Shown: positions 1 to 9,019 of the stretch, one piece after another
Layout: each line of letters opens with the position of its first letter
How positions within the stretch are numbered: position 1 is the first letter of the stretch
Origin: Octopus sinensis
Taxonomy: Eukaryota
Direction of reading: 5' to 3'
Assembly: GCF_006345805.1 (NCBI RefSeq)
Contig: NW_021825814.1
Coordinates: 1 to 14,386 of the forward strand
DNA length: 14,386 bases
Notes under the pieces: generated by a model
Seen by the model: the letters and a program-made list of their open reading frames with translations, nothing else
Database searches by the model: none
What the model was told of the DNA's origin: nothing
Position numbers and translations under genes: made by a program

Positions 1-628
1 AAAGGAGCGTCTTCAGGTGGATCGTTTTAATAGGGAATAATATATGGTTATTAATCATATTGTATAGGATTACATGTACTCTAATTTATAATGTTTTGGT
101 GTGTGTGCGCGCGCATGTATGTATATTGATGTCATTGTATGTATGGGTTTTGTTAATGGACTCATTAGCTGCGGGAAAGCGTCAGAAGGGGGAAATCCCT
201 TTAGGACGCCGAGTGTTAAGAAACACTTGATTACTTCAAACCAGGCGAGACAGCTTGTCCTCTTAGATGAAATCATGCTATCGTGTACTCGAGTCACCTA
301 AAAACAAACTGCAATCGCTAGTCTGAAGCACATATGCAAATAGCGTCTATCTCCTGATGTTTCAGAGCGCCGCACAAGTAAAACAAAATTCAATTTTGAA
401 TTATAGGCAGCTCTAATAATGCATGTGTCGTTGCTGTCACATGTTTACGATGTTTTGTAACACTCAGCGTCTTAAAGGGACTTTTGCTTGTGACGCTGTC
501 ACTCAGCTAATGAGCGCATGAGCAAAATCTAGAACCATGTAATTAGGAAGCGAACTTCTTACCATGGAGTCATACCTGAGCATATGTATGTCATTATTCA
601 ATCTTATTTCAAGATTTCTTGCCTATAG

Positions 629-697
629 AGAAAGAGCCGATTGCTAACCTAGATGCACGGTTCCTTCATTGGAATTTCAACAACATCAGGGTGTTTT
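629..697 (+). CDS. Candidate internal exon of an unidentified host gene (EKEPIANLDARFLHWNFNNIRVF)
   Basis: Pyrimidine-rich acceptor ...ATTTCTTGCCTATAG; one open frame; possible donors GT at 691 or GTATGT at 698. No homology recognised. Confidence 0.2.
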
Positions 698-748
698 GTA
701 TGTATGTATGTATGTATTATGTATGTATGTATGTATGTATGTATGTGT

Positions 749-793
<45 letters not shown>

Positions 794-812
794 GTGTGTG
801 TGTGTGTGTGTG
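698..812. repeat. (TATG)n followed by (GT)n compound microsatellite; the (GT)n is probably the (AC)n tail of the adjacent minus-strand SINE
   Basis: Read directly: TATG units about 698-745, GT units about 745-812. Confidence 0.95.
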
Positions 813-1176
813 CGTGTCGGTTACGACGGCGAAAGTTCCAGTTGATCCGATCAACGGAACAGCCTGCTCATGAAATTATCGTGCAAGTGGCTGAGCACTC
901 CACAGACACGTGTACCCTTAACGTAGTTCTCGGGGAGATTCAGCGTGACACAGAGTGGGACAAGGCTGGCCCTTTTGAAATACAGGTGCAACAGTAACAG
1001 GCAGAAAGAGTGAGAGAAAGAGTACAGCAGGGTTCGCCACCATCTCCAGCCGGAGCCTGGTGGAGCTTTAGGTGTTTTCGCTCAATAAACATTCAGAACG
1101 CCCGGTCTGGGAATCGAAACCGGGATCCTACGATCGCGAGTCCGCTGCCCTAACCATTAGGCCATTTCGCCTCCAC
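813..1176 (-). mobile_element. tRNA-derived SINE (family A), apparently full length
   Basis: The minus strand starts GTGGAGGCGAAATGGCCTAATGGTTAGGGCAGCGGACTCGCGATCGTAGGATCCCGGTTTCGATTCCC. A box TGGCCTAATGG is at 1154-1164 and B box GGTTTCGATTCCC at 1109-1121. A ~290-bp non-tRNA body follows, ending in (AC)n. Confidence 0.85.
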
Positions 1177-1269
1177 TGTATGTATGTATGTATGTATGTA
1201 TGTATGTTGCATGTGTATATGTATGTGTGTATGTATGAATAATTTGGTTGTATATTGTATATTTTGTGG

Positions 1270-1296
1270 TGGTGGTGGTGGGGGATAAACACACAA

Positions 1297-1353
<57 letters not shown>

Positions 1354-1519
1354 CACCACGGGCTTCTTTCAGTTTCCGTCTACCAGAGTCACTCACAAGG
1401 CTTTGGGCGGCCCGAAGCTATAGTAGAAAATACTTTCCCAAGTGCCACGCAATGGGACTGAACCCGGAACCATGTGGTTGGGAAGCAAGCAGCTTTACCA
1501 CGCAGCCACGCCTGCGCCT
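1270..1519 (-). mobile_element. tRNA-derived SINE (family B, common octopus type with internal (TA)/(TG) tract), 3' part missing
   Basis: Minus strand: AGGCGCAGGCGTGGCTGCGTGGTAAAG...GGTTCCGGGTTCAGTCCC (A- and B-box-like), then GCCTTGTGAGTGACTCTGGTAGACGGAAACTGAAAGAAGCCCG and a microsatellite. Homologous to 11580-11779. Confidence 0.8.
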
Positions 1520-1933
1520 CTATATATTTGATAAGTTCCAAAATTTAAACAGCTCAATAAAATTTGAGTAAAAATGTGTTATGAGTATAATAATGTGTGA
1601 AAACAAGTGTAGTGATTTGAAATAAAAAATGTCCGTTAATCCCTTTACTCTTACTTTCTCTCTCTTTCTCTCTCTTCTTCTTCTTCCGGCCATTTCATCA
1701 TGTTGAACCGTTAATTCCTACACATTCTTTTACTCAACCCGTTTTTTCCCTTTCTGTTACTCTCCGTTTTTCCCCTCCCAATCCAGTGTAGGCTTGAAAC
1801 AGCCAGCTCCCCTACTGCTACCACCACCACAACCACCTTCACCACTATTGTCATCATCATCATCATCACCGTCACCACACCTATTCTTTCCTTTCAACTA
1901 ATACACTTACTTGTTATTCCTTCACACCTGTCT

Positions 1934-1971
1934 TATATATATATATATATATATATATCTATATATATTAT

Positions 1972-2027
<56 letters not shown>
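1934..2027. repeat. (AT)n microsatellite
   Basis: Read directly. Confidence 0.95.
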
Positions 2028-2029
<2 letters not shown>

Positions 2030-2419
2030 CAAGGGTTGAACGGAAAGAATACAACATGGAGAGGAACTAGATGAAAGCAGAGCAAACGGGGAACTAGACG
2101 AAAATTTAGCGGACGGGCAAGTAGACAAGACACAATACACGGAATATTTGCAGCTGAGTTTTCTTCTTCAGTCAATAGCATAAAATATCATAGCAGTTTC
2201 GCGCTCTCCCGTCGAACACGACGTATGAGCGTTCTGCTTTTGATGAGCGGCTTGACCAAATGATTTGTTTTTACAATGATCAAATGCTCGTGCCGCACAT
2301 TAGCTCTCTCCATCAAATGGTCGTTGTCTGAACACAAAACACAAACCACAAACAGCCACACGCATGCGTATCTTGAGTATTAGGTGTGTCACGTGCCTAC
2401 AAGCACATTAAAAACGGGG

Positions 2420-2690
2420 AGCTTGACTCAATTTCCATGCTGTGTCAATGAGCGAGACTACAGTACTTCTCCCCACCTGAATGGGTCGCCAGTGTGCCGC
2501 AGGCTTACCACCCAAATATTGCAGTTACTCATTTGTAGTTGAGTGGAGTGGAGTAAGGTGAAGTGAAGTGTTTTGCTCAAGAACGTTGAAAGTGTTTTGC
2601 TCAAGTGAGCCGCTGAATCTGAGAATCGAAATCACGATCTTACAATCATGAATCCGGCCATTGTACCACGTACTTTCGCATGCACGGGTG
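2420..2690 (-). mobile_element. Old, degraded tRNA-derived SINE with a CORE/Meta-domain-like body; internal 16-bp duplication
   Basis: Minus strand has a B-box-like GATTTCGATTCTC (2621-2633), then TTCTTGAGCAAAACACTTCACTTCAC and GGTAAGCCTGCGGCACACTGGCGACCCATTCAGGTGGGGAG, which resembles the MetaSINE domain consensus as I recall it. AAGTGTTTTGCTCAAG is repeated at 2566-2581 and 2590-2605. Confidence 0.5.
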
Positions 2691-2697
2691 CGCACGT

Positions 2698-2730
2698 ACA
2701 CATACACATACCGTCATATACACGTACTCG

Positions 2731-2791
<61 letters not shown>

Positions 2792-3060
2792 AGTGTATAT
2801 ATATATTTATATATACATGAATATACTTATATATGCAATTATTTATGTGTGTATGTAATGTGTGTGTATGCACACACACATATAGACATACACATACATA
2901 CATACCATTCGTATCTGTGTACGTTTAAATCAGTGTGGCAATGCGTATATATATGTATGTTTTCATGTATATATATACCTCTTTCTCTTTGTTTCCGTCT
3001 GTCTCTCTCTCCCTCTCTCTGTATATATATATACATATGTCTGTATGTATGTATGTATGC

Positions 3061-3094
<34 letters not shown>

Positions 3095-3249
3095 TATATA
3101 CATACAAACATACATACATACATACACACACACAAGTGTATATTTACATTTGTCTGTAGGTAAACATGGAAAAATTTAGGTCTACATATTTTTATTTGTA
3201 ATATTACTGATATACATACATATACATATATATATACATATACATATAT

Positions 3250-3294
<45 letters not shown>

Positions 3295-3405
3295 TATATA
3301 TACATATATCTCTATATACATATATCTATATATATATGCACATATATATACATATATATAAATATATATATATGAATATAATATACATTCATCTATGTAT
3401 ATGCA

Positions 3406-3472
<67 letters not shown>

Positions 3473-3641
3473 CATATATATATATATATATACATATAAC
3501 GTCCGTGCGAATACATGCACTCTCCCTTTATACTTATAAATATACTGATGTTTTGTTTCTCAGCATGTGGTGTGTGCGTGTGTGTATATGTATGTGTGTG
3601 TATGTGTGTGTGCATGTGTGTGTGTGTGTGTGTGTGTGTGT
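2698..3641. repeat. Long mosaic of (AC)n, (AT)n, (ATAC)n, (CT)n and (GT)n microsatellites
   Basis: Read directly. The HT/YI/CV-rich ORFs in the track are translations of these repeats. Confidence 0.95.
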
Positions 3642-3669
3642 TTGAAGACTGGTTTTGTAACAATTGCAG

Positions 3670-3694
3670 GCGGTGCAGTGTTCGGTGTATTCAG
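3670..3694 (+). CDS. Candidate 25-nt microexon
   Basis: TTTTGTAACAATTGCAG|GCGGTGCAGTGTTCGGTGTATTCAG|GTTACG: a unique island between two repeat blocks. Confidence 0.15.
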
Positions 3695-3734
3695 GTTACG
3701 TCTGAGACCACCTCGCACTAACACAACATACTAC

Positions 3735-4635
3735 ACTGCTGCCGCTACTGCCGCTACCACTGTGTACAACCCCCACACTACAGCCAGCTCCCCTACTGCT
3801 ACCACCACCACAACCACCTTCACCACTATTGTCATCATCATCATCCCCGTCACCACACCAATCACTATCATCTTGAACAATTCTATTTACCACCGCCGCC
3901 ATTGATGCCACTACGACTACCATCACAATAACCATCACCACTACTATTAGAGTCAATATCTCCGCCACCACCACCACCACCACCTTTCCTCTACCACCAC
4001 TACCTCCAGCACCACAACCACGTCCAATACTACCACCATTACAATCAACCACAACCACCTCCATTACAGTCAACACCACCACTGCTAACACCATTACATC
4101 CACCGCCACCTCCACCTTACCACTACCAGTATTTTCAGCGCCACAACCACCATCACCACTACCACCATCACCACCATAATCACCACCACTAACACTAACA
4201 CCATCACTTCCTCTACCACAACTACCTCCAGCAACACAACCAATACCACTTGTACCACCACAGCTACCACCACTACAACCACCACAACCACCACCACAAC
4301 AACCACCTCCACTACAGTCAACACCACCACTGCTAACACCATTACATCCACCGCCACCTCCACCTTACCACTACCAGTATTTTCAGCGCCACAACCACCA
4401 TCACCACTACCACCATCACCACCATAATCACCACCACTAACACTAACACCATCACTTTCTCTACCACAACTACCTCCAGCACCACAACCAATACCACTTG
4501 TACCACCACAACTACCACCATAACGACCACCACAAGCTCCGCCACAGCCACCACCACAACAACCACCACTACAATCACCACCACCACCACCACAACCACC
4601 TCCACTACAGTCAACACCACCACCGCTACCACCAC
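3735..4635. repeat. (ACC)-rich low-complexity region with a ~248-bp degenerate tandem repeat (about 2.5-3 copies)
   Basis: ACAACCACCTCCA(C/T)TACAGTCAACACCACC starts at 4051, 4299 and 4592. ATTTTCAGCG starts at 4131 and 4379, giving a period of 248. Confidence 0.9.
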
Positions 4636-4789
4636 ATTCTGTTAACGTCCCAGATCCATTACGCCCTTTTCTCAACATGTATGGTAACAATATCATTCAA
4701 CCATATTACACCAACATTATTAAACAGTCAACATTAACCCAGACAGTCACCAACCACAGCCGTCCGTGTTATTATTATCAGTTTACATA

Positions 4790-5015
4790 AGGCGGCTAGA
4801 TAGTAGAATCCTTACACACCGGACAAAATGCTTGGTGACTTTTCTGCTGGCATTACGTTCTGGTTTCAAATTGCTCAGAGGTCGACCTTGCTTGTCATCA
4901 TTCCGGGATCGATGAAATAAGTACCAGTTGAGCACTGGGGTCGCTGTAAGCGATTAACCACCTCTCATATAATTTCAGGCCTTGTAGCTATAGTAAAAAA
5001 AGGATTATCATTATT
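4790..5015 (+). mobile_element. tRNA-derived SINE (family C, tail type 1), diverged
   Basis: AGGCGGCTAGATAGTAGAATC...GGTTTCAAATTGC...GAGGTCGACCTTGC...AAGTACCAGTTGAGCACTGGGGTCG...TTTCAGGCCTTGTAGCTATAGTAAAAAAAGGATTATCATTATT. Homologous to 7087-7293 (-) and 12624-12856 (+). Confidence 0.8.
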
Positions 5016-5075
5016 GTTTTCCATAGTTTCTGAAAGTGAAACTAAAATTCGTCTAGTTTTCAAGGAAAATAAAAA

Positions 5076-5078
5076 TAA

Positions 5079-5157
<79 letters not shown>

Positions 5158-5191
5158 TGTTGTTGTAGTAGTAGTAGTAGTAGTAGTAGTA
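5076..5191. repeat. (TAG)n microsatellite
   Basis: Read directly. Confidence 0.95.
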
Positions 5192-5340
5192 GTGTATTAC
5201 ATGAAGATATTTCGCTGTTGCCCCTGCCACTTCCCCACTCCAAACTTTCGGTCCTACTGTAACATCCCTTGTCCTTCACTCGCCCTTGGACACTGGGTGT
5301 GCCTCGGCGAGTGAGTATAACAAACATGCAGATTAAAAGT
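5192..5340 (+). mobile_element. 149-bp short element, copy 1; probable non-coding derivative of an R4/Dong LINE 3' end
   Basis: Colinear with 6931-7079 (13 substitutions in 149 bp, no indels, by my alignment). Contains a 9-bp stem TCACTCGCC/GGCGAGTGA enclosing GACAC-TGGGT-GTGCC, and ends in (AAGT)n(AAT)n. Confidence 0.6.
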
Positions 5341-5352
5341 AAGTAAGTAAGT

Positions 5353-5415
5353 AATAATAATAATAATAATAATAATAGTAATAGTAATAATGATAATGAT
5401 GATGATGATGATGAC

Positions 5416-5466
<51 letters not shown>

Positions 5467-5478
5467 GATGATGATGAT
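5353..5478. repeat. (AAT)n grading into (GAT)n compound microsatellite
   Basis: Read directly. Confidence 0.95.
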
Positions 5479-5480
5479 AA

Positions 5481-6313
5481 ACAGAAGGGTTTATCATAGC
5501 AGCTCAAGATCAATGCCTACCAACAAGAAACTACCAGGCCAACATATTAAAGAACGGCAGTAGCCCAACATGTCGTGTATGTCAACAACAAAATGAAACC
5601 ATTGATCATGTTGTCTCCAAGTACAGTCTTCTAGCGCCTACAGAGTATCTCAACAGGCATGATAGAGCTGCACAATATATTCACTGGGTAATTTGCAAAA
5701 ACCTGGATTTGCCCCATGAAAAAAACTGGTTGGAGCACAAACCACCTCCAGTGCTTGTAAATGACCACATCTCACTCCTCTGGAACTTCACCATTCAAAC
5801 TGACAGAAAGATAGGCCAGATATCATATTGAAAGACTTCAAACAAAGAACATGCCTCCTCATTGATATGACTGTCCCAATCGATATAAACGTATCTGTCA
5901 AAACCTACCAAACACTGAGCAAATATAAAGATTTTTAAATAGAAATCAGCAAAATATGGAAGCTGAAGACTAAAACAATACCTGTTGTCATAGGTACCCT
6001 GGGAATGATAGCAAAAGGGGCTGATTGCTACCTATCTCAGATACCAGGAAACCCCAAAATGGCAGAAATTCAAAAGATAGTGCTCATGGTAACTGCTCAT
6101 ATCCTACAAAAATTACTTTCTATGTAATCTCAAGGTTTAAAACAAACATAATTTTCGTTTTTTTTTTAGACATTCACTAGTACAACACAAAAAAAAAAAT
6201 ATATGGCACACTAGGCATAACAACAACATGGACTTCCAACCTGTTGTCTCTTGAGGTCTCTGGGTGAGACTTGGAGCCAACTTGTATAAATATAAAGCAA
6301 AAGTCAAACATAG
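5481..6313 (+). mobile_element. 5'-truncated R4/Dong-clade non-LTR retrotransposon (CCHC zinc knuckle plus restriction-like endonuclease), pseudogenised, with (AAT)n tail
   Basis: My translation: TEGFIIAAQDQCLPTRNYQANILKNGSSPTCRVCQQQNETIDHVV...RHDRAAQYIHWVICKNL...LLWNFTIQTDRKI/RPDIILKD...LLIDMTVP...KYKDF*IEISKIWKLKTKTIPVVIGTLG...TAHILQKLLSM*. Frameshift near 5813, in-frame TAA at 5936-5938, ORF stop at 6125-6127, AAT tail at 6314-6330. Confidence 0.9.
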
Positions 6314-6330
6314 AATAATAATAACAATAA

Positions 6331-6866
6331 GCAGTGGCTCTCGTGGCTTCTGATCTTAACTGATTGGAAGTGTTATCATGTACATTGTTTTGTCTTGGTA
6401 TAAAAGATGGGCTACAGTAAATATTCTGCTCAATACCACAGATTTGCTTGTCAGATGTTTGACCGTAACCAGTTGAGCATGTCCCTTAGTGGCTGACGAT
6501 ATGTGCATCGCTGATCACGAGCAGAAGTAGTGGGGGAGCATCATAGCCATGTGTTGAGAGGGATTCTTTGGGGTTTGAATAATTCACCTTTGGAAACAGG
6601 GGTGGTTCTTTCAACATCCTTAAACAATCTTTATTCAGGGACCTTTTGAGCGGGATTGGCTACTCGACCAGAACAAAATTCTAACTGGGCCCCACCTGCA
6701 AGGTCATGCGCTGTTTATCTTGATATGAGATCACCATGTCGCGCACATATGGTTGTGCTGCATGTACCTAGTGTACCCTTATCAGACGGGTAGTCATGAT
6801 GGGTATACTGGGCTTCGTATATTTTACTCCAGTGTCACTCTGATGGCATGCACTGCTCTCTCACTC
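6331..6866 (+). mobile_element. Interspersed repeat, probable 5'-truncated LINE 3' UTR ending in (AAT)n
   Basis: Begins directly after the AAT tail of the Dong element and ends ...GCACTGCTCTCTCACTC-AATAATAA. I recognise it from memory as a recurrent octopus repeat; family not verified. Confidence 0.45.
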
Positions 6867-6930
6867 AATAATAAAAATTAAAATAATAGTAGTAGTAGTA
6901 GTAGTAAGTAGTAGTAGTAGTAGTATAGTA

Positions 6931-7079
6931 GTGTATTACATGAAGATATTTCGCTGTTGCCCCTGCCACTTCTCCACTCCAAGGTTTCAGTCATACTGTA
7001 ACATCTCTTATCCTTCACTCGCCCTAGGACGCTAGGTGTGTCTCGGCGAGTGAGTGTAACAAACGTGCAGATTAAAAGT
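6931..7079 (+). mobile_element. 149-bp short element, copy 2
   Basis: About 91% identical to 5192-5340, with the same left end after (TAG)n and the same (AAGT)n(AAT)n right end. Inner stem-loop is GACGC-TAGGT-GTGTC (7028-7042). Confidence 0.6.
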
Positions 7080-7086
7080 AAGTAAG

Positions 7087-7293
7087 TAATAATAATAATA
7101 ATAATAATAATCTTTTCTACTCTAGGCACAAGGCCCAAAATCCCAGTACGCAACTGGTATTTAATTTATCGACCCCGAAAGGATAAAAGGCAAAGTCGAC
7201 TTCGGCAGAATTTGACCTTAGAACATAAAGACGGACGAAATGGCGCTAAGCATTTTGTCCTGCATGCTAACGGTGTTGTCAAGCAAGCCGCCT
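7087..7293 (-). mobile_element. tRNA-derived SINE (family C, tail type 1) with (ATT)n tail
   Basis: Minus strand: AGGCGGCTTGCTTGACAACACCGTTAGCATGCAGGACAAAATGCTTAGCG...GTCGACTTTGCCTTTTATCCTTTCGGGGTCGATAAATTAAATACCAGTTG...GGGCCTTGTGCCTAGAGTAGAAAAGATTATTATT. Confidence 0.8.
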
Positions 7294-7364
7294 TGATGAT
7301 GCTGATGCCACCGCTGCTGCTGCTGCTGCTGCTGCTGCTGTCGATGATGATGATGATGACACCA

Positions 7365-7510
7365 GCAGCACCAGTACTTGACTGGTACTTAATTTTATTG
7401 ACACCCCTTTCACCAGAAGATTGAAAGGCAATGTTAACCTTGACGGACTTTGAACTAGGAGCATAAGGTGACGAAACAACTGAAGCATGATAGGTGTTTA
7501 AGCGTAAGAT
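7365..7510 (-). mobile_element. Degraded SINE family C fragment
   Basis: CTGGTACTTAATTTTATTGAC...GAAGATTGAAAGGCAATGTTAACCTTGACGGACTTTGAACT matches the family C body in reverse. Confidence 0.55.
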
Positions 7511-7919
7511 TTGCATTCAAATCGAATGCTCGAAAGAAATACGAGACAGTATACATACTAAGTGAATATCTGGCAGATTTTTCCCCACGTTAGTCAGGCA
7601 AAGTGGCACTATCTATTGTGACGTAACACTTCCATATTTTTTTCTTTATCTGCAGTTACCCACGTCTAGTGTTTTGTTTAGATTTAAATCATTAGCAAAG
7701 AATAAATTTGCTGTAGCTTTTGCTTTTGTTGTTGAAGTTTACTTATTCTCAACTCAAGTTTACTCTATTCTCTACACTTTTATCAACGTGTTGATGTCTG
7801 TGTTTACAAATCTTTCGGTTTGTTCAATTATAATAATTTGTTTACTTCATTTTATTAAATCTGCTTGCTTTTATTTTTTTTTCAAAAAAATTGCTTTCAA
7901 AATTTTCAAAAATTTTTAG

Positions 7920-8010
7920 GCGTATTCGTGGCTGCCATCTTTGTAGTTAACACCTCTTTTCGCTCGCCCAGACATTGGCCACATTGAATAAACTTAATAA
8001 ATTGAATAAA
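7920..8010 (+). other. Candidate 3'-terminal exon with three AATAAA signals
   Basis: T-rich acceptor ...AATTTTTAG|G; stop codons follow within about 30-70 nt; AATAAA at 7987, 7996 and 8005. Confidence 0.2.
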
Positions 8011-8421
8011 CATATCACAAACGAATACAATGGATCTTTGCAAAAATATAATGAATGCTGAAAGATGAATCCGATGGTTGACCCTTGTGTAATCGGATGG
8101 AGGCCCAAATGTTCTAAAGGCTTTTGTTTGAAAAACAAGCAAATAAACATTTTTTTTTTACGAAATAAGCATGGTAAAGTATAACTTTTTTTTGTATATC
8201 TGCAGCTTTGTTAATAGCAGTAACTGTGTGCCATAATGTGTGGTGTATTGTGTTAGTGTGTGTGTGTGTTTTCGTTCTCTTTTCATATTTTCTCTTCGCT
8301 CCCTCGTTACTTTTCTCCCTTTCTCTCTTTCCCTTCTCTCTCTCTCACACACACACACTCACTATGTGTGTGTGTTTGTGGGGTGTGTGTATCGTTTCGC
8401 TACCTCGCTCCCTTGTTTCGC

Positions 8422-8576
<155 letters not shown>

Positions 8577-8700
8577 TCTTTATTTTATTGTTGCCACAAG
8601 GGTCTTTTCTTCAAATACAATAGCAACATCATAAATAGAGGGTTTACAAAACTTTGAGATGCACAAACGAAGTTTTATAAAAACAGAGCAATATATCATT

Positions 8701-8837
<137 letters not shown>

Positions 8838-8977
8838 GAGAAACAAACAAACATAAATTAATGTGTTTAATTATGACAAATGTTCATCATAAAATTTTTA
8901 TATAAATTAAATACAATAGATAATTATATAAAACTTCGAACAGAGACGTCAGTGGCGACACCTGCGGGTCTGACTGC

Positions 8978-9019
8978 GCTACATTGACAAGGGGCAATAC
9001 CCCGAAACGCGTCTGTAGC
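8978..9019 (+). ncRNA. Minimal type-I hammerhead ribozyme motif with a U3-A8 core variant and palindromic stem III
   Basis: GCUACA (stem I, 8978-83), UUGACAA (core, 8984-90), GGGG-CAAUA-CCCC (stem II), GAA, ACGCGU (palindromic stem III, 9007-12), C17 (9013), UGUAGC (stem I', 9014-19). Confidence 0.8.

Noticed and set aside
1100-1176. tRNA gene
   Set aside because: A and B boxes are present, but the sequence continues into a SINE body and I could not form a complete cloverleaf, so it is a SINE head.
2646-3663. Multiple 60-170 aa ORFs ([12 protein letters not shown])
   Set aside because: Translations of dinucleotide microsatellites.
3649-3700. Resemblance of TGFVTIAGGAVFGVF to ROMO1/Tim17, or of FCGAVFGVFRRIRGCHLC to a FYVE-like finger
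   Set aside because: Too short; it lacks the first CxxC and the downstream cysteines. No gene symbol is justified.
3696-4737. Thr/Pro-rich (plus strand) or Val/Gly-rich (minus strand) mucin-like ORFs
   Set aside because: The repeat period of 248 bp is not a multiple of 3, frames switch within units, stops occur, and there are no convincing splice sites. This is low-complexity ACC DNA.
5192-5340. snoRNA, hammerhead or HDV-like ribozyme in the 149-bp element
   Set aside because: Only a near C box (ATGAAGA) without a terminal CTGA; no CUGANGA core on either strand; HDV P3/L3 geometry does not fit.
4965-5513. 182-aa poly-Ser/poly-Leu ORF and its paralogue at 6878-7153
   Set aside because: Made of trinucleotide repeats plus the 149-bp element read antisense; no coding signal.
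3960-7100. CRISPR-like repeat-spacer array or prokaryotic operon
   Set aside because: No regularly spaced 23-50-bp repeats with unique spacers, no cas genes, and the context is eukaryotic.
4790-7293. Inverted SINE C pair as an ADAR/circRNA-forming duplex
   Set aside because: The copies are visibly quite diverged and transcription is unproven, so a stable duplex is doubtful.
8578-8603. Short SINE C tail-like remnants after (AAT)n (also at 14246-14310)
   Set aside because: Similarity to TTTATTGCCCACAAGGGG is too short and degenerate to call.
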